Position numbers and translations under genes: made by a program
Assembly (NCBI GenBank): GCA_942491535.1
Contig: CALOBV010000007.1
Location: forward strand, 2,583-66,582
DNA: 64,000 bases
Origin: an uncultured Marinilabiliaceae bacterium
GTDB taxonomy: Bacteria > Bacteroidota > Bacteroidia > Bacteroidales > VadinHA17
Direction of reading: 5' to 3'
Notes under the pieces: generated by a model
What the model saw: only the letters and a program-made list of their open reading frames with translations
What the model was told of the DNA's origin: nothing
Databases searched by the model: none
In this document: piece by piece, positions 35,578 through 46,472 of the stretch
How the letters are laid out: the number at the start of each line of letters is the position of its first letter
Numbering within the stretch: position 1 is the stretch's first letter

Positions 35578-37829
35578 AAAGTTACAGCAAACATAACTGA
35601 ATAATACCTCTGAGGCTGGATATCTCCCGGTCGGCCCATATATTCTGTATTTGTAAGATTCTTTATTGTAAATGATATGGTACTATTATTTTTTATCTGG
35701 TAGCCTGCATTTATGTCTATAACAACATAAGCCTTATTGTTATCTTTCCAATAGTCTATAAAACCCGGTAAGATAGATTCGCCAGTGACAGGATCTGGTT
35801 TAAGAAATATATCATCAATTTCCATTAAACCAGATTTATAGAACAGCGAAAAACCTGTGTTAAACTTCCTGTATATAGTATTAAATGACATATTCGCAGA
35901 ATGCTTACGCCTGTACTTAAGGAATTCGCCGGTGTTTCTATTTGTGTAAGAACTATATTGAACAGGATACATATACGTATAACCGATATTTAAGCTGGTA
36001 TTCAGGCCGCTGAAATTTCTATAAAGGCTTAGTTCAGTTTCATACCCATAGACCCTTGAATTTTCAATATTTTCTGGTTTGAACCCTAAATCGTATTCTC
36101 CGGTAAGCGGGTCAATGTAGTTAGAGAATACATATTCAATCATATCACTATTTTGGGAATAGTACAGGGCAATATCAAATTCACCACTTAGCAGATCCCC
36201 CATAATTGATCTCTTTAATCCCAGCTCGGCACTCCACCCTTTCTCTGCTTTGATAGCTTCGTTTGGAAATATTTTAATGGCTCCTACATTAGTATATGCA
36301 TGTTTCTCTGCAATTGAAGGATACCTGTAGCCCTGACCAAAAGATGTTCGAATAAATGTTTTAGAGCCTGCTTTAATATTCAGACCTGCCCTGAAGATAG
36401 GTACCGGATCTTCTGCAATCCCATCAAGTATATATTCCTCGATCCTGAATCCTGAGACTGCGCTTATTTTTTCAGAAAAAGCAAAATCAAACTGAGCATA
36501 GCCCGCAAGGTTAAGGCCATTGTGATCGCCGTAAAAGTTGGAATTGATAACACTGTATTGCTCAAGTAATCCAGAAACAACAGACAGTTTATTACTTATA
36601 TCATAACTATACTGATATTCAAGATAGGCCGAATGTGAATCGCTGTTGTTATTAGTATTGTCGGGCAGGCGGTTAATATTGGATAGCAGTCGGGCCTTAA
36701 TATCGTGTTCTCCTTCTTTCTTTCCCCTGAAAGAGATAAAAGGGTCAATAGCAGCTGATAATCCTCTGTACTCCATAGCAGTGGATTCACTTTGAATTAG
36801 TGCTCCATCTTCTGCATTTTCCCAGAGAAGAAAATCATTCTTGGCATTATAGCTTGTATAAACAGACATTCCGTATATGAGCGATTCATTTTTCTTACTC
36901 TTCTGTTTGATATTAATGCTTAACCTCAGGTTACTGTCATCATTTAACTTACGATAACCATTATCATTCATAGCCCTCAGTCCTAAGCCTATCTCAGTAT
37001 TACCATATTTCTCTGAATGTGAAACGGCAATATTCTGAATCATCCTGGGACTGTCCCACCAGCGCCATTCTTTTCTTGAAGGCACATCATATATGCCCGC
37101 CGATACACTCACCTTTGTTAAAGGTTCTTTTGAAGCGTCCCTGGTGATAAAATTAATAACTCCGTTAAGGGCCGAAGATCCATAAAGTACTGAAGAAGCT
37201 CCTTTAATAACTTCTATCCTTGAAATATTTTCAATTGGCAGGGTTCCCCATTTTACATTACCGGCATCGGTCGAAAGAGCCGGCAGTCCATCAATTAACG
37301 TAATAACCCTGCTCCCCGCACCGTAACTATATCCACTCCCTCCCCTGATCGACACCTGGCCATCCATGATTTCTATACCTGTTGTTTTATGAAGTATTTC
37401 CTCGGCATTAATAATATGAAACCTGGCGATTTGATAGGGCTTAAGCACATTCATAGAGACCGATAAATCAGATACTCTTTGTTCTCTGCGACCTGCACTT
37501 ACAACTACTTCATTTATGCTTGTTATGTCTTCCTTAAGACCAATATCGATGTAAACAGTATCATTGTCTGATACATTTACCTCTTTTACAAGAGTACTAT
37601 AACCCACAAAAGTAAATACAACCTTAATCTTTCCCGGATCGGGCCTGAAACTGAATTGTCCATCCCTGTTGCTTAATACTCCCTTATCTGAATTATATAT
37701 TACATGGACACCAGGTAGAGGAAGACCGGTGTTAATATCATACACCTTCCCTCCTACCAGTGACTGGGCATTAGAGGCAGAACATAGTATTGCCATAAGG
37801 AGCAGGAAAGAAGAATACCTGAACAGCAT
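35574..37829 (-). CDS. TonB-dependent receptor with N-terminal carboxypeptidase-regulatory-like domain
   Basis: Signal peptide, GKVYDINTGLPLPGVHV (CarboxypepD_reg), a plug (VVVSAGRREQRVSDL, ...GASSVLYGSSALNGVINFIT) and a barrel ending in ..MFAVTF. Confidence 0.9.
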   Translation of the reverse strand: MLFRYSSFLLLMAILCSASNAQSLVGGKVYDINTGLPLPGVHVIYNSDKGVLSNRDGQFSFRPDPGKIKVVFTFVGYSTLVKEVNVSDNDTVYIDIGLKEDITSINEVVVSAGRREQRVSDLSVSMNVLKPYQIARFHIINAEEILHKTTGIEIMDGQVSIRGGSGYSYGAGSRVITLIDGLPALSTDAGNVKWGTLPIENISRIEVIKGASSVLYGSSALNGVINFITRDASKEPLTKVSVSAGIYDVPSRKEWRWWDSPRMIQNIAVSHSEKYGNTEIGLGLRAMNDNGYRKLNDDSNLRLSINIKQKSKKNESLIYGMSVYTSYNAKNDFLLWENAEDGALIQSESTAMEYRGLSAAIDPFISFRGKKEGEHDIKARLLSNINRLPDNTNNNSDSHSAYLEYQYSYDISNKLSVVSGLLEQYSVINSNFYGDHNGLNLAGYAQFDFAFSEKISAVSGFRIEEYILDGIAEDPVPIFRAGLNIKAGSKTFIRTSFGQGYRYPSIAEKHAYTNVGAIKIFPNEAIKAEKGWSAELGLKRSIMGDLLSGEFDIALYYSQNSDMIEYVFSNYIDPLTGEYDLGFKPENIENSRVYGYETELSLYRNFSGLNTSLNIGYTYMYPVQYSSYTNRNTGEFLKYRRKHSANMSFNTIYRKFNTGFSLFYKSGLMEIDDIFLKPDPVTGESILPGFIDYWKDNNKAYVVIDINAGYQIKNNSTISFTIKNLTNTEYMGRPGDIQPQRYYSVMFAVTF

Positions 37830-37835
37830 CTTTGT

Positions 37836-38252
37836 CTATTTAGCCTTAAATGTTATTCTGATTGCCAGTTGCCCCAGTATCGGGTCATTAAACGATGTGG
37901 TTATTTTAAAGGATGACGCAGTCAGTTCCACGATATTGCATGTAAGAGGGATTGGGAGATCTTCTGTTGTTATAGTAATAACTGTTTCGTTATTAGTGAA
38001 ATACCAGGCCCCATCATATAAACCAAAAGTACCGGAGCCATCCTTATTAAATGTTGCTTCGCCAACAAACTTTTCAAGAGGCTCCCCTTCTCCACTTGCA
38101 TCTATACCATTAACAAGCAGGCTGTCGCTTAGCCAGGTATTGTCTGTCAGAAAAATAAAATTTTCCGAATTATCATCTTTTTTGCTGCATGCAAGTACGA
38201 GCAATAATACTGTTGCGATTGTTATTACGATATTCCTGCTAACCATGCTCAT
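37836..38252 (-). CDS. Lipocalin-like domain lipoprotein
   Basis: Lipobox LLVLACS. 138 aa with a pattern typical of small lipocalin-like beta-barrels (DNTWLSDSLLV... ASSFKITTSF). Confidence 0.6.
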   Translation of the reverse strand: MSMVSRNIVITIATVLLLVLACSKKDDNSENFIFLTDNTWLSDSLLVNGIDASGEGEPLEKFVGEATFNKDGSGTFGLYDGAWYFTNNETVITITTEDLPIPLTCNIVELTASSFKITTSFNDPILGQLAIRITFKAK

Positions 38253-38300
38253 TTAAGTTAATAATATTTACATATCCGGTGAAAATATACGAATTATTAG

Positions 38301-38867
38301 CTATTTATAAAAAGAAGAGTCCTTTATAAAATTTATATCATGGTGCCCAAGCTCTTTCTCGACCAGCTCATTCTGGACGCTTTTAATATAGTCTATGGAC
38401 GGAAGGTAGGGTTTTATATCAAGCACGGGAGTGCCATCAAATGCGTCTATCCCAGATACATAAAGAACGCCTTTTTGAATTTTCTCCAATTTCACAATGG
38501 CAAAACCTATTGCATTGGGCCTCTTTGGACTCCTTGTTGAAAAAACACCAAATTTATGCTCATGTGATGATCCGGGGGGATCAACACTAACAGCCCAGTT
38601 TTCGACCTTATCAAAATGGTATATAACAATGATATACTCAAATAGTTCGAGTGAAGAAAGTCCTTCATGATATTCAGCGAACAGTTCAATTTCAGCCTTT
38701 CCTTCAGGGATCAATATACCCTGGCGAGGAGCACCGGTTGAAGTAGTATAAGGAGAATGAAAGACTCCAATAGCTTTGTATTCGATAATATTATTCTGTG
38801 AATTCATCGTAACAGATGTGCATATTAAAAAAAATAATGTAAAAAAATAGCGATTCAGGCATCTCAT
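38301..38867 (-). CDS. TsaA/YaeB (TrmO)-family protein, possibly with an N-terminal hydrophobic leader
   Basis: IGVFHSPYTTSTGAPRQG, FEYIIVIYHF, FGVFSTRSPKRPNAIG and GIDAFDGTPVLDIKPY match the TrmO fold signature. Either M1 (4-nt gap to the upstream gene) or M21 could be the start. Confidence 0.8.
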   Translation of the reverse strand: MRCLNRYFFTLFFLICTSVTMNSQNNIIEYKAIGVFHSPYTTSTGAPRQGILIPEGKAEIELFAEYHEGLSSLELFEYIIVIYHFDKVENWAVSVDPPGSSHEHKFGVFSTRSPKRPNAIGFAIVKLEKIQKGVLYVSGIDAFDGTPVLDIKPYLPSIDYIKSVQNELVEKELGHHDINFIKDSSFYK

Positions 38868-38871
38868 AAAT

Positions 38872-39321
38872 CTATAAATTTTTAGATTTTCCAGCTATTT
38901 GAAGCAAGCCGTTTTTGATAATATATGTATTATAAGCTGAAGTCTTATTTTGAAGTTCGTCGGCTAATACATTAATGTTCTGGTAAAGGATTTGAAGAGT
39001 GCTATCCCGATCTTCATCGTAAATTATTACAGGTATAAAGTAATTTTTTATAATCTTAATATTCTTACCAAATTGTTTAGAAACCACAATTGCTGCTTCG
39101 CTATCTCTAAGAAGTATTGCTATTGATTCTCCTTTAGATGCAGATCCATGCGTCGAGGATTCGTCTGCATCTCTGTATTTATTTATTATTTCTTCCTTTT
39201 CAACCAGGCTATTTCCCTTTATTCTGTATATAACAAATTTATGGGTGTCGCCGAAGTGTTTCTCATCGAATTTTCCTTTGATGTTCAGTGCTACTGCAAA
39301 TCTTATATTTTCAATATTCAT
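38872..39321 (-). CDS. NifB/NifX-family (dinitrogenase Fe-Mo cofactor-binding domain) protein
   Basis: FAVALNIKGKFDEKHFGDTHKFVIYRI is the characteristic HFG..F.iY start of the Nitro_FeMo-Co domain. 149 aa. Confidence 0.7.
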   Translation of the reverse strand: MNIENIRFAVALNIKGKFDEKHFGDTHKFVIYRIKGNSLVEKEEIINKYRDADESSTHGSASKGESIAILLRDSEAAIVVSKQFGKNIKIIKNYFIPVIIYDEDRDSTLQILYQNINVLADELQNKTSAYNTYIIKNGLLQIAGKSKNL

Positions 39322-39466
39322 TTACTTTGTTTTATGCATGTTCTGTAATTATATAATATGTTATCTGCATGCGATATGCCAGAAAACGTATAATCTGCAT
39401 TGTACTAACACCCCTGGTTCAGGATTACCTTCTGATGCATATTATTGAAAATATGACATATTTCTG

Positions 39467-40687
39467 TCATTTCTTACAATCTATTTTTATAATAAAGTAC
39501 AATGATGATATGACAATTATACTGAATAGTATAAAGAAACTTGTGTAACCAAAATTTTTAATAAGTAATCCTCCCAACAGGGGGAAAAGGGCGGGTAATA
39601 CATTGCCTGCACCTGCTATCCCCGTATAAATTGTCCTGTTTTCTTTTCCTGATATCTCAAGCAATATCCCATTCATTGAAATGGAATATATCGAAAAGAC
39701 TATACCCCCTATAAGAAAAAAGGCTTCAAATGGGATGGAGTCGCCTCCAAAAACTAAAATAAGAGGCGCCAGCAATGCTGCCAGCACGTTGCCTTTCAAC
39801 ATTAAGCCATATTTAATTTGATCCTTCAAGAAAAAAATTGTCAGACCTGTAAGTACTGTTCCCAATACTTTAAAAATAAGATATACCCCGGTATGACCAG
39901 CACCTGTATTCAGCACTTCTTTGCTATACAGCAGCAGAAATGGCATCATTGTGATAACTATACCCTGGGTATTAACAAAACCCAGAAAATATTTCAACCT
40001 GGGATTTTCTTTTAATTCATTTTTAAAATAATTCAAAAAGTTACGAAAACTCCCGATCTTTAGTGATGAGGGGACTGTTTCCTTAATATTCCAGAATCCC
40101 AGCGAGGCGACAGACAGGGAGATAAACCCAATCATGAACATCAATGCAAAATTATTGGGATATGATGCAGAAACCAGGACTTTTTTTGCAAAAAATGCTG
40201 ACACGAATACGCCAGCTCCCATAATTGCCTGGCGAATTGAAAAAAAGGATTTACGCTGCGAATCAAAAACAGACTTTCCAAATATATCGGTGAAGCTAAC
40301 ATTGGCAAAAGCTCCGCCAAGGGAGAATATGCTTATTAAAATAAATATTAACCATAGGATGTAAGACTCCCCTATACGCTGAGAAAGCAGGAGCAATACA
40401 GAAAGTCCAGCCAATGCCAGAATTCGGGAATTAATGCCAAGAAGAAGAAATCTCTTCTTAAATGAGTGATTACTTATATATGGTGCAAAAATCAATTGAG
40501 TAACACTGGAGCCCCCCATCATGATAGTAGTCAGAATTCCAATGTGTACTGCCCCACCCCCGGCTTCGAGTAACATCGCCGGCAGAATGGTGTCGACATC
40601 CATAAAGTTCTGAGCAAGCGCAAGAAATAGACCATGCCAGATAAATGACAAATAATTATTCCGCGAATGCTCTGATGTTAAAGTCAT
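39467..40687 (-). CDS. MFS transporter
   Basis: 406 aa with about 12 predicted hydrophobic helices arranged as two halves. Confidence 0.75.
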   Translation of the reverse strand: MTLTSEHSRNNYLSFIWHGLFLALAQNFMDVDTILPAMLLEAGGGAVHIGILTTIMMGGSSVTQLIFAPYISNHSFKKRFLLLGINSRILALAGLSVLLLLSQRIGESYILWLIFILISIFSLGGAFANVSFTDIFGKSVFDSQRKSFFSIRQAIMGAGVFVSAFFAKKVLVSASYPNNFALMFMIGFISLSVASLGFWNIKETVPSSLKIGSFRNFLNYFKNELKENPRLKYFLGFVNTQGIVITMMPFLLLYSKEVLNTGAGHTGVYLIFKVLGTVLTGLTIFFLKDQIKYGLMLKGNVLAALLAPLILVFGGDSIPFEAFFLIGGIVFSIYSISMNGILLEISGKENRTIYTGIAGAGNVLPALFPLLGGLLIKNFGYTSFFILFSIIVISSLYFIIKIDCKK

Positions 40688-40830
40688 AGACAGGTGGTAA
40701 TAAACTGCGAATTTGAGAGCCCAAAGATAACCAATAAATCACTATTTTATTAAATTGATAATGTCCTAAATAATTATTTACTTGACACTCAATTCAAATG
40801 CAGAAATTATCCCGATAATTAGATTTATAT

Positions 40831-42249
40831 ATGAAAAAATATAGTATAATATTCATTGTTTTATTCCTGGCATTTTCATCATGTAAGAATGAAAGTCCGC
40901 CTCTTACCGATGATGCCATTGAGCTTACAATATTCTCAATAAACGACCCGCATGCACAGATAAACAATTTCAGCAAAATAAAATATATTATCGACGAAGC
41001 TGAAGTTCTGGGGAATGTAATAGTTGTTAGCGCCGGTGATAATTTCTCCGGCAATCCTGTTGTTGATTACATCGAAGATAAGGGATATCCAATAATCGAC
41101 CTGATGAATCGGTCGGGTTTTGATGTTTCTGTACTCGGTAACCATGAATTTGATTACGGCCAGGAAATACTTTCAGACAGAATTGAGCAGGCTGAGTTTG
41201 ACTTTATTTGTGCTAATGTTGATATGACAGGCTCTATTGTTCCTCAATCTGATCCTTATGTTACGCTGACTGTTGATGGTCTTGATGTTACCTTCCTGGG
41301 AATGGTAGAAACTTCTTATACATCGGGTGCATATATTCCGGCAACACATCCGCTAAAAATAGCAGGAATAACATTTGAGCCGGCTCAGAATATTATCGGC
41401 AGCTACGCTGATCTTAAAGAGACCACCGATGCTGATCTCTTTATTCTTTTGTCTCACCTGGGTACCGGGACTGATTATTATATGGCACAAAATTACCCAT
41501 ATATGGATATAATTATCGGAGGACACAGTCATGCCAGAGTTGATGATTATGTTAACGATGTTTACATATACCAGTGCGGGGGCTACCTTAATTACCTTGG
41601 GAAGATCAGTTTAACAATAAAGGGAAAGGAAATTATCTCCGAAGAATTTGAATTAATAGATCTTAACTCCTATGGAAATTACGACAGTGAAATGGCGACT
41701 CTTATTGATCAATATAACGATGTCCCTGCATTAGAGGAAGTTATAGGGTATAATGAGAACTATATTAATAGTAATAACGGCCTGGGATGTCTGTATACGG
41801 ATGCTTTGCGAGGAGCACTGGGTGCTGATGTTTCATTTCAGAATGGGGGTGGAATTCGTAACGACCTGGATCAGGGAGATATAACTGTCAGGGAGATATT
41901 CGAGATTGATCCATTTAATAATGGGGCACATACCTATACAATGACTGTTGAAATGATTAAGCGATTCTTTGAAGAGACAGGAGCAGGCCTTCACTATTCA
42001 GGGATTATACTGGAAAATGATCCCGCTTCAGGAGTTATTATAAAAGATTTGGATGGAGCTGAATTATCAAACGAGACAATTCTAACGGTTGGTATTAATT
42101 ATTACATCCCATCAGTATATTATTGTTATTTTCCATCAGACCCGATAATAGATGATGATACCACCGCAGAATTAATAGTTGAGTACATAAGGGCAAACAA
42201 TATAGTAAACTATAGTTCCTGCAACAGGTATTTTTACGCTTCAAAGTAG
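40831..42249 (+). CDS. Bifunctional metallophosphatase / 5'-nucleotidase lipoprotein
   Basis: Lipobox LAFSSC, GDNFSGN, GNHEFDYG, GGHSH and a C-terminal 5'-nucleotidase domain. Confidence 0.85.
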   Translation: MKKYSIIFIVLFLAFSSCKNESPPLTDDAIELTIFSINDPHAQINNFSKIKYIIDEAEVLGNVIVVSAGDNFSGNPVVDYIEDKGYPIIDLMNRSGFDVSVLGNHEFDYGQEILSDRIEQAEFDFICANVDMTGSIVPQSDPYVTLTVDGLDVTFLGMVETSYTSGAYIPATHPLKIAGITFEPAQNIIGSYADLKETTDADLFILLSHLGTGTDYYMAQNYPYMDIIIGGHSHARVDDYVNDVYIYQCGGYLNYLGKISLTIKGKEIISEEFELIDLNSYGNYDSEMATLIDQYNDVPALEEVIGYNENYINSNNGLGCLYTDALRGALGADVSFQNGGGIRNDLDQGDITVREIFEIDPFNNGAHTYTMTVEMIKRFFEETGAGLHYSGIILENDPASGVIIKDLDGAELSNETILTVGINYYIPSVYYCYFPSDPIIDDDTTAELIVEYIRANNIVNYSSCNRYFYASK

Positions 42250-42288
42250 CTTTAAAATAAAGTGTTTTACGATAACAATTTTTTACTT

Positions 42289-44677
42289 TCAGGATTTAAT
42301 ATAAACATCTCTCTGAGGGAATGGGATCTCAATACCTGCCTTTTTAAGTGAGTTATTGATTTGCACATTAACCTCACTCTGAACAATAAACCTGTTATCT
42401 GCCCTTGGAATCCAGAAGAGTAATTTAAAATCGAGTGAAGATTCACCAAATCCGGAAAATAATGCAAGGGGCACAGGTTCCTGCAAAATTTCATCATTAG
42501 ATTCAGACACTTCTTTAAGTATCTCCAGTACCTTATCCGGGTCTGTTCCGTATTTAACACCAACAACCACCTCTACCCTTCTGTTCCTATCTGTCAGGGT
42601 CCAGTTAATAAGCTCATTAGATATAAGGTTACCATTGGGAACAATTACTTCAGCTCCATCAAAGGTAAATATTGTAGAGGCCCTGATACCTATCTCTTTA
42701 ACAGTTCCCCATAGCGGTCCTACTTCAATTATGTCGCCCTCCTGTATTGGTCGTTCAAAGGCCAGGATAATACCTGATACAAGGTTATTGAATATGTTCT
42801 GAAGTCCAAAACCTATACCAACTCCGAGAGCACCGATAAGTATAGTTAATTTATCCATACCAAAACCTGCTGCGGCAATGGCAAAAACAAATCCGAGACT
42901 TATTATTATTATGCGAAGAACCAGCGAGAGAGCACCTGGTACGCCCCTCTTCATTTTAACCCTGGGAGCAATCTCGCCCTCAATAACAACCTTGACCATA
43001 CGAGATATCCAGATAGTAAACCAGATAATAATCAGGAAAGAGGATAAGGCTTCCTATGGTTAATTTCACAGTGCCGATATTAAACTCATCTAACAAGAAA
43101 TGTCTGAGGCCACCCGAAACGATATCCCAGGCATTAAAAAGTTTAAGAGTGATCTTTGTCCAGAATAACCAGACCAGTACATTAATGATCTGACTTATCT
43201 TCTTGTATATCGATTCGTGATATTGAGCCACAAGATTCAGTTTCTGAACCATCTTGCTATATACTGAAGTATAAACAATACTGTTTGCTGTAATTCCAAG
43301 AGCAAACATTATCAACCCTAATGCAACACTTCTAACCACTGCATACACCAGATATTCTGATAGCATTACTGCACCGGCTATTGAGGCAAAAAGTGATATA
43401 GAAAGCAGAATAATGCAGGCCAGTGCCATATAGTATAATAATTTGCCAAAGTTGCGCGCCGATTGCATTGATCTGAATGTTTTACGACGAATAATAACAA
43501 TAAATGAAACCAGGCTGAAAACTATAATTGCTAACAGGAATAACCTGCTGAAAAGAGCATCTATGCTTATATAACTGTGGAGTTGAACAAGTATTGAAGC
43601 CAGGGCTGGAAGGAAAATATAGTGACGGGTATTTACTGGTAATATGTGTGTTAATATTATTAGTACGGGAATCATTAGGAATAGAATATTCAGAGCGCCA
43701 ATAAACAGAGGTATATTCCCATAGAGTATATAAGTAAGCAGAAATGTCACCAGCAATGAAGCTGATACTGGTCTTTTTACTATTTTTCTTATTGCTTCGT
43801 CACCAGAGGTTTTGGATTTATCCAGGGCAAGTTGAATATTTTTAAACAGGGATAATAGAGTAAACAGGATTATTACAAAAAATGTAAAATGAATAAAAAT
43901 TCTGAAAGGATTATTAGAAACAAATTCTCTTACCTCCTTATTTATATCTTCCACTAAAGAGCGACGTGCATCAAACTTATTTGAGAATGAATCTTCCCTG
44001 AATAAAGTCCAGAACGGGGCCTGGTTCAGTTCGAAGAATTGTCTTGTTACAATATCTTTCGAGGCATTTACCTTATCTATTATCTCGTTACAAAATATAA
44101 GGCTGTTTGAAATCCGAACCAGGTTTTCCTGTATAAATTCAGAGTCAGATCTTAGTCTTTCACTAACGTCGTTGAGTCGTGAAATAGTAGTTCGGATTTG
44201 TATCACCACAGACTGAGAAACCTGAGAAGCTATTGAGTATTTAAGGGTTGTATCCCATACAGAGAGTGAGGTTGATATCTTTATTCTTCGACTCTCAAGA
44301 TCAACTACTGACGCTGAGTACTCCTCCTGTTTAGCACGAAGCAAGGACCCCAGAAGTTGCCACTCACTCTCCAGGTTAGTGAGACTCCTGAAATTAAGAT
44401 ACTCTATATTTTGTATTTTTGGATCTTCACGCAGAAGATTGAGACGGAAAATCAAAGTATCTGTATTCCTATCTATTATGGATTTCCTGTGGTCTGAAAG
44501 GAGCATTGTCTCAACAGCCATGATGTCGCTATTAATCTTTGTAATCCTCTCAGCTATATTTGGAAGAGGAATAGGCTTAGCTAGAACCTTTGTCGTATCC
44601 TGTGAACAAAGCTCAAGATTGCTGATAAACAGGGCTAATATTATCCAGATAAGCCTATAGTCTTTCATCGCTGTCAT
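42289..44677 (-). pseudogene. Large MscS-family (MscK-like) mechanosensitive channel, single frameshift
   Basis: ORFs 42980-44677 (signal, long coiled periplasmic part, multiple TMs) and 42289-42999 (GALGVGIGFGLQNIFNNLVSG MscS core) overlap. In the other frame the text continues ..LILF|LIIIWFTIWISRMVKVVIEGE across about 43026-43032. Confidence 0.8.
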
Positions 44678-44746
44678 AGGTGTGAAGATTTAGTAATGTA
44701 AATATATAAAAAAGAATGAGGCTGCTATACCTCATTCAATTTCCAT

Positions 44747-46156
44747 TTACCACGCCGGAATAATATAAGAGCAATAATAGTTAACTATTGTTTCTGCTAT
44801 TACAATAGCAATAAATACGCCCTTCTCCTGCATGCCAAAATGTATTGCCAGGATATATGCCAGTGGTATCTCAATAAGCCAGAAAGCAATGAGATTGATT
44901 TTAGTTGGTGTTGAAGTATCTCCTGCTCCGTTAAAGGCATTTACCAGGACCATTCCCAGCCCATAAGCCAGAAAGCCCATACTGATAATCCTTAAACCAA
45001 GAACACCTGATTTAACTACTTCCGGGTCATCAATAAAAAGCATTATGAATTTTTCCGGAAATAATATCATTACAATTCCGAAAACACCAAGAAGCATCAT
45101 ATTTACAGCCCCCGTAATCCATACCGACCGTTCTGCTCTCTCTGGTTTTTTTGCTCCCAGGTTCTGTCCAACCAGGGTCGCTGCAGCATTACTTAATCCC
45201 CATGAAGGCAATAATGCAAAAATAATTATTCGTATAGAGATAGTATAACCAGCCAGTGCTGCACTACCGAATTCAGATATAATTCTCACAAGGATTATCC
45301 AGCTTGATGTAGCAATAATATTCTGTCCTATTCCGCCCATGGATATTTTAAGGATCTTAAGAATCAGCTTGAAATTAACTCTTATATGTTCCTTGAGTAT
45401 TTTTACTCTCTTTTTCCCTGCAAAAAGTATATATAGCTGGTATAGTACTGCTATTCCCCTGCCTATTGTAGTAGCTATTGCGGCACCCTTAATTCCCATT
45501 TCAGGGAAAGGACCTAAGCCAAGAATAAGGCATGGGTCAAGAATAATATTGATAATATTTCCTATCCATAAGACCCTCATTGATATTGCTGCATCACCTG
45601 AGCTTCGGAATACTGCATTTATTATAAAAAGAAGCATAATAACAATATTTCCGCCCAGCATTATCGTGGTATAGGACGAGAGCTCTTCTACAATTTGCCT
45701 ATTTGCTCCCATTGCTCTCAGGAGATCTGATGCGAATATTACACCGGGTATCGCAATAAGAAGAGATGCAAAAAAACCTGTAATAATAGATTGCATTGCT
45801 GTTCTGGCCGCACTGTCTTTATCCTTTTCGCCAATACGTCTCGAGACAACAGATGTTGTAGCCATGCTAAGTCCTATTGCTATGGCATACACTACTGTAA
45901 TCATAGACTCGGTAATACCAACTGTTGCAACGGCGTCGGGACCCAGTTTTGATACAAAAAATATATCAACTATTGCAAATACTGATTCCATCGCCATCTC
46001 CAAAACCATTGGCACGGACAGAAGAAATATTGCCCTGCTCAGCTTCCCTTCAGTGAAATCCTGTTCAGTCCCTGTTATTGACTCAACTATATCTCTCCAG
46101 GTATTATGTAAACGTGTCTTTCTTATTTCTCTATTTAAATTTTGCCTGTGATTCAT
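44747..46156 (-). CDS. MATE family efflux transporter (C-terminal frameshift suspected)
   Basis: 12-TM MATE pattern. The last codons read ..NYYCSYIIPAW*, but the +1 frame gives the canonical tail ALILFRRGKWKLNEV* ending at 44725. Confidence 0.85.
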   Translation of the reverse strand: MNHRQNLNREIRKTRLHNTWRDIVESITGTEQDFTEGKLSRAIFLLSVPMVLEMAMESVFAIVDIFFVSKLGPDAVATVGITESMITVVYAIAIGLSMATTSVVSRRIGEKDKDSAARTAMQSIITGFFASLLIAIPGVIFASDLLRAMGANRQIVEELSSYTTIMLGGNIVIMLLFIINAVFRSSGDAAISMRVLWIGNIINIILDPCLILGLGPFPEMGIKGAAIATTIGRGIAVLYQLYILFAGKKRVKILKEHIRVNFKLILKILKISMGGIGQNIIATSSWIILVRIISEFGSAALAGYTISIRIIIFALLPSWGLSNAAATLVGQNLGAKKPERAERSVWITGAVNMMLLGVFGIVMILFPEKFIMLFIDDPEVVKSGVLGLRIISMGFLAYGLGMVLVNAFNGAGDTSTPTKINLIAFWLIEIPLAYILAIHFGMQEKGVFIAIVIAETIVNYYCSYIIPAW

Positions 46157-46472
46157 TATACTTTTACTGTTTTGCGTGTTTGTCTTTATGTTTTAATGTC
46201 AGTAAGTATTTTTTTAGACATGGTATTTACAAATAATTCTTTCGTAAAGGTCTTCATGGTGTGATCCTCCTGTAGATTAATAATTAGTACGGTAAATAGG
46301 AAATATGAAGGAACCCGTCCGGCACTTAGAATATTGCCGGGTATGTAAACGATATCACAATCAGTGTCTTCATCGGGTATCTCTTTTGTCTTGTAAATAT
46401 ATTAATAAAATCTTAGCCAGCTATAACTTAAGCTCAAAATATTATTATCTTCGACTCCTAAAAATTTGAAAT

